From contig NW_003314262.1 in NCBI RefSeq assembly GCF_000143415.4, forward strand, positions 4,497,718 to 4,561,717: a stretch of DNA of 64,000 bases, read 5' to 3'. How positions within the stretch are numbered: position 1 is the stretch's first letter; each line of letters starts with the position of its first letter. Source of the stretch: Selaginella moellendorffii. Taxonomy: Eukaryota > Plantae > Lycopodiophyta. Positions 1 through 12,800 of the stretch are shown one piece after another. A program made the translations under genes and the position numbers. Under the pieces are notes generated by a model that was given only the letters and a program-made list of their open reading frames with translations, did no database searches and was not told the origin of the DNA.

Positions 1-1136
1 TCGCCAGTCTGAACAATGCCAAAGTCCTGCGTTGCATATGTGTAGCAGTTCCAAGAGTCCTGAAGCCTTCCATCGACGCTGCAAGCTGAGAGGATTGCGA
101 GAAGCGTCACACTGTCCGGAGAGAAACCATTCAAAACCATCGCACGAAACGTTTCTCTGGCCATACAACCGTGACCCCAGTGAGAATATCCGGATATCAG
201 AGAGTTCCATGACACGGAATCTCTCTCGTCCATGGACTGGAAGATATTATCAGTCATCTCTACAAATCCAGCGCTAGCATACGCACCCAAGATTGCGTTC
301 CAAGAGATTACATTGCGATGTGGCATCCGGTCAAACATAAATCTTGCATAATCCAAATGCCCATTTGAGGAAAATGCTGCGACTATTGTATTCCACGATA
401 AAACACACTGTTGCGGCGTTAAATCGAATATTTTCTTTGCGTCAACTAATCTTCCAAGATGTGCGTAAGCAGCAGTAATGGTGCTCCACGACACCAAATC
501 TCTCTGCGGCATCCTGTCGAAGAGAAAGCTCGCGAACTGGAGCTCCCGCTCATGGGAGTAGGCCGTAATCATCGTGTTCCAGGCGATTACGTCTCTCTCG
601 GGCGCGATCTCAAAGAAGCTGCGAGCGAGGCCCAACTCGCCATCGTGGACGAGCGATCCGAGCATGGCGTTCCACGGAACGACACTCCACTGCGGCATTC
701 TCTCGAAGAACAATTGCGCGAGGCGGGAATCGCCCTCCTTTCGGGCATAAGCGCTCACCATCGTCGTCCACGACACGACGTTCCTGCGATCCATTGCCTC
801 GAACAGCGCCCTGGCCTGCCGGATGTCGCCGTTTTCCACGCTGCCATAGATCATCACATTCCACGAGAAGACGTTCTTTGCGTGGATCTCGTCAAAAGCT
901 TCCCGGGATTCCTGCAAATGCCCACACTGGGCATACATTTGGACGAGATGGTTCGCGAGGTACGTGTTGGTGGTGGATGGATCGCCTTGTGAGTCGAGGA
1001 GCTCACGGTGAATCCTCCTCCCCTCTCTCACGTCTCTTGCGATGCCACACTGCCTCAATCTCGATGCGTAGCTCTCCACGATGGAGTGCTTGGAAGTGGC
1101 AGTGGACTTGAGGCATTGCTTGAGCACTCTCTTCAT
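1..1136 (-). CDS. PLS-class pentatricopeptide repeat protein (organellar RNA-editing factor type), 3' end outside window
   Basis: Manual translation from ATG 1136 is open to the window edge: MKRVLKQCLKS...YASRLRQCG...NHLVQMYAQCG...KNVFSWNVMI...RMPQRDLVSW...PDSVTLLAILSACS. Absent from the ORF track because no stop falls inside the window. Confidence 0.88.
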   Translation of the reverse strand, partial: MKRVLKQCLKSTATSKHSIVESYASRLRQCGIARDVREGRRIHRELLDSQGDPSTTNTYLANHLVQMYAQCGHLQESREAFDEIHAKNVFSWNVMIYGSVENGDIRQARALFEAMDRRNVVSWTTMVSAYARKEGDSRLAQLFFERMPQWSVVPWNAMLGSLVHDGELGLARSFFEIAPERDVIAWNTMITAYSHERELQFASFLFDRMPQRDLVSWSTITAAYAHLGRLVDAKKIFDLTPQQCVLSWNTIVAAFSSNGHLDYARFMFDRMPHRNVISWNAILGAYASAGFVEMTDNIFQSMDERDSVSWNSLISGYSHWGHGCMARETFRAMVLNGFSPDSVTLLAILSACSVDGRLQDSWNCYTYATQDFGIVQTG

Positions 1137-1274
1137 CCATGGACGCAAATACGAAAATAAGTTCTAACCACTATTTTCCTCTATGAATCAAAGTTGACGA
1201 AAGTCAACGGAATATGAAAATCAAGTCTATGACCAAATTGAAATCGCCCTCGCATATCTCGTTCCGTGATGATT

Positions 1275-2465
1275 CTACAAAGTTTTGGCCAGCCGCTGCA
1301 TAGCTCGAAAGTGAAGCGACGTCGATGGCATGACAAGGGGCCAGTCCTTCTCTGGGATACCCTCAATGTCGTTACCCCAAGCTGCAAGTGTCCTATACTG
1401 CAGGAGGTCATACTCGATGAGACTGTTCACCTTGCCCACGGAAAGCTTGTTGCAGAGCGCCATGTAGGGCGTAATACCATCCTTGTGTTTCACCAAGGTG
1501 GACACTACGGCCTTCCAATCGTCCTTGGTCCAGCACGGCTTGCTAGGCTTGTTGGCAGGGAGGGCCTCTGGAAAGCAAGCAACCCGGACCTGCAAACAGC
1601 AGCTTGAGAGAAGCGAGGCCTTGACAGCGTCCCATGACTCAATGCTCCTAGCAGCTCTGGCTAGTAAGCCCATCCGTCCACCCATATGGCTGTATATGTC
1701 CTTCCACAGCTCGTCGGACACTCCATCAGAACCCGTCGGTAGGAGCGTCTCAAAGAACTGGCGAGCTTCCGCTTCACGCAAATCGCCTACGTGTAAAGTG
1801 TCCGCTCGGAGGCTGCCTATGTAGCCCGCAAGCCAAGTCCCAAAGAAGTTCTCCGAGGATGCCAGCACCACATTCATGATGTGCTCCTGCTTCGTCACCA
1901 TCACAAAGAAGGCGAGCAGCTGGTCGAGCTCTTTCTCGGTCGCTGGATCTGTGGTCCAAGTGCACAACAAGTTGGCCTCATCCAGAACGATCGTCGGATA
2001 GACCTTAGCATAGTCCCCGCCACCTTTCAGAACCAGGCTATTACAAGAGACACCGTAGGACATGATAGCTGCAAGGACGGTGTCCATGTCGTCTGCCTTG
2101 TCCATCTGGTCCTTAAGAACACTCCAGCTTTCCACCTGAGAGGCCCTTATGGAAGGTAAAAAGCTGGACTTGAACATTCCGGCAACGCCCCTCGGAGAAA
2201 TCGAGCCGCGCATGTCAGCGAAGGAGGACACTCCGGGATACTCACCCTCACCTTGCCTCCGCCGGAATTCCCTCAGGAGGGCACTCTTCCCCGAATCCTT
2301 CGGTCCACTCACCACAACTAAGTTGCCTCCCGAAACCGAGTCATCTACAGCGGCTACAAGGCGCCCATTCAGCGCCGCGAGCTCGTTTTCCCTGGTGAAA
2401 ACTGTCCGCCCCTGATTGAAGTTCGCCACGCTCGAGGAGAAGCGCCTCAGCATCTTCGAAGCCAT
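1275..2465 (-). CDS. Intronless P-loop NTPase (archaeal-ATPase/AAA_16-like), possible mitochondrial presequence
   Basis: Walker A VVVSGPKDSGKS, Walker B TIVLDEAN, downstream VVLASS and VGDL..EEA..FF and GGR motifs. First ATG is 2465 (MASKMLRRFSSS); the track start 2483 is a GTG. Confidence 0.8.
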   Translation of the reverse strand: MASKMLRRFSSSVANFNQGRTVFTRENELAALNGRLVAAVDDSVSGGNLVVVSGPKDSGKSALLREFRRRQGEGEYPGVSSFADMRGSISPRGVAGMFKSSFLPSIRASQVESWSVLKDQMDKADDMDTVLAAIMSYGVSCNSLVLKGGGDYAKVYPTIVLDEANLLCTWTTDPATEKELDQLLAFFVMVTKQEHIMNVVLASSENFFGTWLAGYIGSLRADTLHVGDLREAEARQFFETLLPTGSDGVSDELWKDIYSHMGGRMGLLARAARSIESWDAVKASLLSSCCLQVRVACFPEALPANKPSKPCWTKDDWKAVVSTLVKHKDGITPYMALCNKLSVGKVNSLIEYDLLQYRTLAAWGNDIEGIPEKDWPLVMPSTSLHFRAMQRLAKTL

Positions 2466-2539
2466 AGCTATAAACCTTTTCACACTGCTAGGGCTTCCCT
2501 TTTAGTAGGGGTGGAGGCAAAGAAACACGGGCCTTTCTT

Positions 2540-3740
2540 CCACGCCTCGCATCGTCGTGCACCGTCCATGGAATAGGATTCACCGTCGACGACGAAGAAA
2601 CGAGAACATCTATAGTCTCTTCGACCATACCCAAGAGCGCACATTTCCTCATGAGTATTCGCCAGTCCGAACGATGCCAAAGTTCTGCGTTGCATATGCG
2701 TAACAGTTCCACGAGTCTTGAAGCCTTCCATCGAGGGTGCAAGCCGAGGGGATTGCGAGACTGTCCGGAAAGAAACCATTCAAAACCATCGCACGAAACG
2801 TCTCCCTGGTATCAGAGAGTTCGACGACACGGATTCTCTCTAGTCCATGGACTGGAAGATGTTCTCCGCAACATCAACAAAGCCAGCGCTAGCAAAGGCA
2901 CCGAAGATTGCGTTCCAAGAGATTACATAGCGATGTGGCATATGATGAAAGTAAAGCTTGCATAATCTAGATACCTGTTTAAGGCAAATGCTGTGACTAT
3001 TGTGTTCCACGATAAAACATACTGTTGCGGCGTTGAATGGAAGATTTTCTTCGCATCAACTAATCTTCCAAGATATGCGTAAGCCGCAGTAATTGACGAC
3101 ACCAAATCTCTCTGCGGCATCCTGTCAAAGAGAAAGCTCGGGATCTAAAGCTCCCGCTCATGGGAGTAGGCCGTAATCATCGTGTTTCAGGCGATCACGT
3201 CTCTCTCGGGCGCGATCTCAAAGAACCTGCGAGCGAGGCCCAACTCGACGTCGTGGACGAGCGATCTGCGCATGGCGTTCCACGGCACAACACTCCACTG
3301 CGGCATTCTCTCCAAGAACAATCGCGCGAGGAGGGGATCGCCCTCCTTTCGGGCATAAGCGCTCACCATCGTCGTCCACGACATGACGTTCCTGCGATCC
3401 ATTGCCTCGAACAGTGCCCTGGCCTGCCGGATGTCGCCGTTTTCCACGCTGCCATGGATCATCACATTCCACTAGAAGACGTTCTTGGCGTGGACATACA
3501 TTTGGACGAGACGGTTGGTGAGGTACGTGTTGATGGTGGATGGATCGCCTTGCGAGCCGAGGTGGATCCTCCTCCCTCTCATTTTTAAACACACCTAAAA
3601 TCACGTCTCTCGCGTCACGCATTGCCTCGATCGCGATGCGTATCCCTCCACGATGGAGTCTTTGGAAGTGGCAGTAGACTTGGGGCATTGGTTTATGGAG
3701 TCTTTGGAAGTGGCAGTGGACTTGAGGCATTGGTTTGCCA
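2540..3740 (-). pseudogene. Pseudogenised duplicate of the PLS-PPR gene at 1-1136
   Basis: 2659-3730 is a close direct repeat of 1-1118, with deletions, a TGG>TGA stop at 3187 and a 42-bp tandem duplication at ~3653-3736. Confidence 0.88.
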
Positions 3741-5332
3741 CGGTGTTTCCTCAAAGGGGTGCAAGGATTTCTCGATAATGTGGAAAAGAAAAGAAAAGCC
3801 CAGCCTTGGACAACTCAGATCTTCTTCTAAATCAAGAAAAGTTACATCTGGAAAGTGAAAACTCACACGACAATGAAGTTTTTTATTCTTCCTTGCAAGA
3901 TTCAAAGACAATTCTTTTGAGTTCAAAACTCTTGGAATTTCACAAACACACACAAACCAGTTTTCGTGGATGTGATGATCAAACTTTACGTCATTTCCGA
4001 TCCAAAGTCAGCATTTATACTTTGGTAGACAATGGCAGTAGATTGAAAGGCTGGCCAGCACTCTCAAGTTGTACCACGGCCAAAATGGAAGTGGTACCGA
4101 TTAGACTCGTGGGAGTGGTGCAACAACAAAGCACGCCTTACCTTTGCAAAGAAACGACTCGCACAAAAACTGAAAAAAACCGGAGCCTCCTTTATACTCA
4201 TTTGGATTGCAAGGCATTTGCCAGAGACAAACTTTAGAAACGACTTTGACTCCTCGCTGACCTTGATTTTTAAAATTGTGGCTTTGTCCGAAGGAGAGCT
4301 AGATCAATGATCTGGTACAGGGGAGAAGATAAAGCCCGACCATCAAATCCACAAAGTTTAGATTGAGGTGATGATAAACTAACCTCGGAAAAAGCCCACA
4401 TAGTGAGCTTCCAAGTGTAAAGCTCTTACGCACCGAGGGAGCTGATTTGCGAGCTCCATACGGACAGTGCACAAATATCCAGGTTAGGAAAAATGCATTG
4501 TTATTATCATGGCGGCCATGATTCCATTTGTTGCTAGATTGCGGCTCGCAAGCGACCAACTTATACATGCCGTGCTAGTTTAATCTTGTAGATTCCAGGT
4601 CTTTTTCCCGCATTGCTTACAGGGCTTGCAATAGATCAGCAGCAAGATACAAGAAAAGTTGTGCATACAATGCACCTAAAAAGCCAAACCAGTGTAAGTT
4701 CCTGTAGAGAAGGGGAGAGGTCCCCTCCTTCCATTGATGGGTATAAAGAATTAGAGGTTTTAGCTGGTTGGCATACAGTTTTGCATGCCCAGCCATTACT
4801 TTATATGCACATATTCTGCTTCATAATATAGAATCCAAGCCCAGCAGCAGCGACAGAAGCAGGAACAGGAGCAGCATAGGAACAAGGTGGTGGCAATTCA
4901 TGAAATCACCAGGTGTTCCAGTGACCTTCATTTCTCATTCTGCCGGAGCCACAAGACATCTGAAAGGAGAAAGCCAACATCATTTTGCACGCAATATATA
5001 GTAAAGCTTGCTTGCTTGCATCATCATGCCCTCTGAGCTCGCGCTTTTGAGTTGAAAGATTCAAAGAAATCGTCGAAGTTGCTCACCAGCTTACCGAGAA
5101 AACTTTGAACTTGGGATGGAGTTTGATTTGATGGTAAGAGCTCCAAGAGGTGGCGTATAATATTGAAATGTCTTCGAAAATGTTCATTCCAAGGGAGGAC
5201 ATTCCTCCTTTCTTTTCATCCTTTTGGGATCGAGCTTGGTGAATCGAAATTCCCAAGAGCCATTTGATTTATCTTTTAGTCCTCCATCTAGAAAGCAAAT
5301 GCCACTGGAACTCTCTCCTTACCCCCACTCCT

Positions 5333-5340
5333 TATAAATA
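5333..5340 (+). promoter_or_regulatory. Candidate TATA box of the nucleoside hydrolase gene
   Basis: TATAAATA about 450 bp upstream of the ATG, with acceptor-like sites between, suggesting a 5'UTR intron. Confidence 0.35.
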
Positions 5341-5789
5341 CATGGGCACCATTCCTGTTATCACAGGCGGCCACAAAGGGAAGAAAGGCAGTAACAGTGG
5401 GAGCAAAGTGCCGCTCCTCCTCCTTTCCTTTCTCATCTCATTGGGCAAACACCAGCCAAACAACGATCATGAGCCTCCCCTGAGTGGCAGCAGCGCGGAC
5501 AACCGATTATCTCACCACCAACACCACCACCATATTTAAGGCAGCCTCCTCTCCGAGCTCTGATATTTCCCGGCGTTTCGTCTGCTCCTCCCAAAGATAT
5601 TTGAATTCCCCCGTGTGTTTTTCTTTGCAGCTTTCCTACAGCGTTGTGATCATGGTCTGGAATCTCTCTAGAGCAAAACTATAGCTGCATTGACTGGATC
5701 CTCTCCTCCTAGAGAGGAAAGTTTGGTTTTTGCTGCTGTGCTCTTAGAACAGGTCTTCAGGTTTAGAAAGGTTTAGTTCCTGCTACTCG

Positions 5790-8700
5790 ATGGTGCAAAC
5801 CGTTCATCTTCTCCTCGCTGTGCTCTTGCTCTTGTTTCCATTGCCTCCAGTTCTCGCTCATGATCAATCCAGAGGCAAAGATGCTGCTGCGGCTGTTCCA
5901 AAGAACTTGGTCCTTGACACTGACCTTGACGTGGAGGATGTTTTGGCAATTCTCTACATTCTCAAGCAAAACAGATCTCTTATAAATCTCAAGGCAAGTC
6001 TTTCTGCACACGGTTTTCTTTCATCATGTCTTGCGTATCACATTGATATCATTCTTGCAACCTGCAATGCTTTTGATAAAGAAGGTGGTTCTTTTGCTGC
6101 CTTGCAGGCAATCACCTTAGACTCAAATGCATGGGTAAATCCGGGTTTTGGAGTCAACATGGTATATGATCTCTTGTTCACCATGGGCCGGGACGACATC
6201 CCCATCGGTGTCGGAGGCGAGGGAGGCATCACACAAGATGGCACAATCCAGCCAAATGTTGGAGGCTATGTGCCAATTATTGATCAGGTAAAATGTCTCC
6301 TCTCAAATCTTCCATGCTCTCCTTTCTCTCTCCCTCTCCTTCTTTCCACTTCTTTTGTTTGGATGGAGCACCCACAAAGTGGAAGGTTGTTCCTTTCAGA
6401 AGAAACACAAAGTTCTTCTTGAGTTTTTCATTTCCTCCACTTCTTTTTGGTATAAACTACAGCTTATACTTTGGCAGATGCTTTACACCTGTGGGAGTTG
6501 TAGATACAGGCAAGCCATTCCACCAGGAAGAGGAGCGGGGAGTCTTGATGTGGACACGCATTATGGACTCAGAAGCCAGTTCTTACCTCAGGTAATATGC
6601 TTAAGTTCTTCCTCTTTCTCTTGTGGAACTAGAGAAAAGAATAACACTTCGTGCAAGGGGGAGAGACACTACATCCCAGGGAACCAAAGAAGCTCTCAGG
6701 AAGTTCTGCTCGAGGCATTGTCAACAGGATCAAACACAGTGCTGCTCACAGGATCCCACACAAATTTTGCACTGCTGCTCATGACACACCCAGAGGTCAA
6801 GAAGAACATCCAGCATGTCTACATCATGGGTGGTGGGGAGAGTGGCAATTTGTTCACTGGAACTGAGAGCAACCCAAGAGCCGAGTTTAACATCTTCGCA
6901 GACCCATTTGCTTCTTATCAGGTCCAAGATTATGTAGGGACTTTCATCTGTATTCTTAGTATATGGTGGAGCTTTCAGGTTTTTCACTCTGGGCTGGCTA
7001 TAACTTTGGTCCCCTTGGAAGCAACGGATACTGTTCCAGTCACTCAGGAACTTATCACGGCTCTGGAAAGAAGCATGAACAGCCTCGAGGCAAACTATAC
7101 ATATCATATGCTCAGCATGCTCAAGCATATCTGGCCTGATGCCTTTTCTCAGGTAAAACGTTGTGTGCATATTTGCAGGGATAGTAATGTGATGTTTATG
7201 GCAGTATTTCTATCTTTGGGATTCATTCACATCAGCCATTGCAATATCGGGGATGCTCAATGGGCACGATGCTTCGAAAAACGAGTTTGGAACCATAGAT
7301 CCAGCACTCGTAACTATTGTCACGTCCAACGAGCCTTACGGCGTCCGGGATGGCTCCAATCCTCTCTTTGAAACCAAAAGGTGGCGGAAGTTTGGGCTCG
7401 AGAAGGGTGGCGTCCACAGCGGCCACGTCCAGACGGGCTTGAGAGATCCATTCTGCTATGTTCCTCGGGGCGAAGGCATTTGCAAGGTACTTAGTTACAT
7501 GCAATCCTCCTTTCACATTGGTTTTCTAGGATGGAAGGACGGTGATAACAAAGAACTGTAAAAGTGGTGGTGGGGTCTTGGTCCAGGTAGTGGGACGAGC
7601 AAAACTTTCTTACGAGAACGATGAGAGGACTCACACGAGCAAGGTGCTCGACAAAGAATTCTACTCGAGCTTCATCAACGTAAGCATCTTTAAGGTCTAT
7701 CCTCTAAGCGCTTTTCTCTTTCTTTTTCGTATAGGCACTAAACTCTCCACACCAGTCTGCTCGATTCACCTTCCAAAGGCAGACGCCGTCCATCCGAGAA
7801 AACCAGTATAGGGTCAACTCGAGCGGGCCCAAGAGACTTGGCAAAGGCAAGGCTTTGTTATTCGACATGGACATGAGCCCCGGAGATATTCTCACGCTCG
7901 TCTATCTCCTCAAGGTACCAAGGACAATCGTTGAACTCAAGGTGATTGCGATACCAAAGAAGGCAAAAAGAAAAAGAGAAAAGAGAAAGAAAGAGAAAGG
8001 AGCTAAAGTGGCAAAGTTTGATGAAACAGGCAATCACAGTGTCCGGCAATGGCTTTGCAAACGCGGCCTCGATCGATACGGTGTATGATGTGCTGGACAT
8101 GATGGGAAGGGACGATGTGAGTGTGGGGCTGGGAGCTCTCTTTGCTCGCGGCCAAGCTTACTCCAACGCCACTGGAGACTGTAAGTACAGGCGAGCGGTC
8201 CCTCAAGGCACTAGCGGCTTGCTCGACTCGGACACCCTCTACGGCCTTGCACGAAGCCTTCCTCGTAGTCCTCGAAGGTCCCAAAGTTATCCAAACCTTT
8301 CTCCTTTTCTTCCTCATCTTCTACTGTTCAGGTACTCTGGGAGATCACAGCTCCAAACTTCAACCGAGGTGATCACCGACGCGTTGCGCGGCCTGGGCGG
8401 ATCCGCAAAGCTCACGGTCGTCGCCGGGGGCCCTGTTACAAACCTGGCGGAGTTTCTTACCGCGACGAGGAACCAGGCTCTCAAAGATCTCATCGAGGTG
8501 ACGTCCAAGGCTTCTTTCCCTTTGATCTCGCATTCACAGGCTTTTACCAGGAAGTCTACGTGCTGGGCGGATCCATCTCGCGCCCCGGCAACGTTTTCAC
8601 CGTGGAGGAGAACTCCAAAGCCGAGTTTAACATGTTCCTGGACCCGCTCGCAGCCGAGATAGTTCTTTGTTCCGGTCTGAGAGTGACGCTGCTGCCCCTG

Positions 8701-9130
8701 GATGTGACGGAGAAAGTATCCCCCGAGAAGGCCTTCCTTAACCATCTGAGATCCCGGCACCGGCACCGGACACCCGAGTCCTGTCTAGTCCACAAGCTGC
8801 TACGCACTGTCCATGAGCTCAAGACGAAGAACCCGGCCTACGTCCATGCAGTACGTCCCATCTGTTCTATCTTTTCTTCCCTGAATCTGTTCTTGCGTTG
8901 TCCAGGCCAATCCTCTGGGTGAAGTAATGGCGGCTGCAGTCGCTGTGAACTCCACAGCTCTGGGTGTTGTGTCGAAAGAAGTGGCCATAACTGTCGAGGC
9001 AACGGGTGACGTCTCTCGGGATGGATGGACCAGAGTTGACGAGCACGGATGCACTGTTCGCATCGTTGAAAAGATCAACCGGACAGCACTGGATTTTCAA
9101 GTTGCCAGTGCACTAACAGCTCCAGCGTAG
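5790..9130 (+). CDS. Secreted two-domain inosine/uridine-preferring nucleoside hydrolase (NSH3-like), multi-exon
   Basis: Signal peptide MVQTVHLLLAVLLLLF; domain 1 VLDTDLDVED, TGSHTN, YIMGG, NPRAEFNIFADP; domain 2 FDMDMSPGD, GGPVTN, AEFNMFLDP; stop TAG at 9128-9130. Confidence 0.9.
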
Positions 9131-9887
9131 ATTGATCTACTCGCTCAAAACAAATCTGATCAGAACCTGCTACACAAATACCTGGAGAAGTTACTGAACA
9201 GTGAGTAAAAGGGGGCAATTCGCTTCCTCCCAGTTCACAGAACCTTAAAAGTCAGAACTTTGTACAACAAGAGTGCCTTCCCAAATCCTCAAAGATCTCA
9301 ATGAAAAACACAAGCGAAACAGGGTACCTGCTGCTTTTCAGCCGGCTTGCTACCATATCTCCATCTCCATTCACCAGAGCGCCACACAGATCTTTGGTTC
9401 CATCTGTAAACCACGGACCATCTCCTCAAGCGTCTGAGTCCAAGCGTCACCTGCAAAACAAAATGGTGAGATGCTATCAAGACCAATTAAAGAGAAAACG
9501 AACCATCCCGAAGAAAGACGTCAATGTTGAGCTGCTGTGCGAGTACCAATCCAAGTCCATCGCTCCTGTCTATCGGCACGAAGATGGATTTTCTCGTGCC
9601 GCTTATACACTGCATAAAACAGCAGAGAACGTCCATGGGACACGGCGAGTTATGCTACTCTCCATGTGAAACCACGTGTTAAAAACGATAGCAAGAAAAC
9701 AAAGAGCATGGCGACAAATTGGAGACTTACAGGCGAACTAGCAATGTTTTTCTCTGCACTGTGATTACATGGCTAGATAGAAAGCCGATGTGTGTACCGC
9801 ATGGAAAAATAGTTCTGCTAAACGGGATCGCACTCCAAAATTGAAGCAGCAAACAAACACAAACTCGTAAATCAAGGGAATGACCTC

Positions 9888-12800
9888 TTAGCTCATGTCC
9901 ATCACGTCCCCAGCAACAACAGTATCACTCTCGTGGCGGACGGCGTTGTACTTTTCAGCCAGCGTTCCACTCTTCACCACATTGTTGATGAAAGCTCTAA
10001 ATCTCGGACTGGACTCTCCGCTGGAAAATCAAGACCATCAGAATCCAGAAGCGAACCAAAGAATATGTACCTTATTCTGTCCAGAGAATCAATGGCACGA
10101 AGTGCACTCCGGATCATGTCTTCGTTTCGATCCACCTCTTGTTTGACAGCATCCGGTTTTGTTTTGTTGGTAACCGTCTTCTCTAGTGGCTCAACTAGGA
10201 CGTCCAGAACTGCAAGACAAAAATAAAGAAGGAAATAAACTCGTTCCTGTGATTACGCCAACAAATTTACCTGCTATTACTGCGGATGGGCATTTTTCGG
10301 CCAACTTCGAGAGTATAAGGTGACAGGGCATTTTCACGTCGTAGTGATCTGCAAATCCGAAAGAGCGTTACGAGCCTTTAACTAGCTCTTGTGAACGTAC
10401 CACTGAGGCCCGATAACAAGTAAGTCAGGAAAGCCGAAGGGTCAATTTGGTCAAGGCAACTGTCCAGCAAAGTGTCAACGCACTCGAATGCACCCTTCCT
10501 CAATTCCAGACCGTCGTCCACAGTATGCTTGAAAGGACCTAGATCCACTGTTCTTATAAGCTCTTTCTACAAAACGAGATTAAAAAACATAACATGCTGA
10601 CTCCAATGAAAAGATCGTACCTTTACAACTGTCTGTTCATACAGAAGCGGAAAGAGCACAGGTAGCAGTTCCTTCACAAGGCTCGGTTTGTTGTGCCCAG
10701 CAGTGCTCAAAGCCGAAACTGCAGCCCGTCTCACATGCTGCATTCGAGCAGAAACAAAAATGATTATAATAGCCGGCTAAAAACGTAAGCACTTACTCTA
10801 TCTCCGTCTTTGATAAGCATAAGAAAAGAAGAGATGCAAAGCTTGATATGCCCATCTATCGGTTGAGGCCGTTCAACTATAGTATATTTGATCGCGATAA
10901 CAACTGTTGCTCTTGTAAACGCAGAGGTACTGGATGTCCGAGCCTGCAAAAGAAACTTAGATTTGAATTTCAGCAATCGAGCTTACCTTCAGTGCAGGAA
11001 CGAGCCTTTCTGGTTCAATAAGTGCTAGCTTGCCAAGACATTCTGCAACAACGTTTCGGACGCCTTCTTCCTCACTTTCACAATAATTGAACAATAAAGA
11101 AAGTATCTTTTGGACGTCCGCGTCTTGCAGCTCAATTTTTCCAGCTTCATCAGACGATTGTCGTGCTATAACCTGAACAAGACTGAAATTAAAAACCGAG
11201 AAGTTAAAAGAAAAAACAAGAACCTACCTCTTTCAATGAATGAAGAAGCAGATATTGCAATTTCGATTGTCTATCTATCTGGCCTAGAATAAAAGGTAAA
11301 TACTTCGATAAATTACCGACCGCTACGTTTCCCAGTGCATACGATGCAGCAGACTTGATTTCTTCAGAAGGAGATTGGAACGATCTGATAATAACCGATT
11401 CTATATCGGGAACGGAGCTTAAGTCTTTCCTTCTGCCGATTTCTCCCAGACACAAGAGTGACAGCAGCTGATGCTATAAAAGTTTCGGTTAAAGATTAAA
11501 CAGAAAGAGCAAAAGTTCTTACCGCATCATGACCGCCAGTTTTGAGACCGTTCACAAGCATTGCGACTGTTGATAGACACTTGGCATCTCCAGCAGCAAG
11601 GCACAACACCGCTGCACACTGTGCTACAGAATGAAACGCTTGCTTGCTGGCAGGCCCCCCCATGGACGACGAATTTTTGGCGGATGAAAGCAGAGCCTCA
11701 AGTAGCATGTCAAAGGTGCTAGCCGATTGAACCAGTGATGCAAAAAATGTTTGCAAAGTCTGACATAAAAGTGGGTTAGGAAACACAGTAAAAGAATTCT
11801 TCAATACCTGTAAAGCTTGTCCTTGAAGCAATGAACTTCTTACGAGAACAAGAGCTTGTGGCAGAACTTTTTCGCGAACAGCATTGCCAGCGCTAATATG
11901 ATGCTTCTTATCAGCCATCATTGTACAACACAACTCAAGAGCTAATGCTGCCATATGCAAGTCCGCATCACTGAAAAAAATAGAGAAAGATTCACATGTT
12001 TCAGACAGAATAATCGAGATAGACCTGATCAACGCAGATAACTCTGTGATGATGGAATCGTAGCTTGCATTACCAATTTTATCACCATAAGAAACTAATA
12101 AAGCATTTAAAGTACCAAGAGACGCTTGCCGCAAAGCTCTATTTGCCTGCCGAGAAAAGTATGGTAAGTACCGCGGTACAGTTCGGTGCATGTGAAGTTA
12201 CCTTTCGCAAGAACGTCGTTAGCTCCGCAATCACTTGTTCAAGTACGGCATTAAGGTTGATCTTTAACGGAGATTCCGCGATCGTTGCAAATGCCTTCAC
12301 AATAGGAACTATTGACGGCCGGCAGCGAATAAAGCAAAATTTACCTTGACAGCTGTCAGCCGTGTGATCTCATTCCGTAGGCGATCGAGAAGCAATGACA
12401 AAGAAACAGGGAGTTCCCGCTCAAGCTTGTCTCCAAGGATAGAAACAACCAGCCCCATACAAAATATGGCGCATTCTTTAACTTCCTGCAGTGTCTTGCT
12501 CAGATCAATGGAAGTCCATTTGTAAATACCTGATCTTGATCTTGAGCGGTCAGACGCTTCAATATTGCACCGTAAATAGGTTGAACATACGGTACAAAGT
12601 TGAAGGTCGAACCTTGATCAGGGCGAATGGCTTTCACAAGCTCTCCACAAACACGTAAGGCTTCAGCAGTAACTTTATAATAACGCTCATTGACAGCAGC
12701 AAGAACTGGACCGGAGAGAGCCTGCAACAACTGGTAAAAATTAAATGACAATCGTCAACGCGAACCAAACCTGAATGTGTGGATGGAAAACTGAAGGAGA

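Noticed and set aside
459-992. 177-aa plus-strand ORF, and similar ORFs at 3160, 17669-19063 and 54219-55400
   Set aside because: Antisense shadows of PPR or reductase coding sequence.
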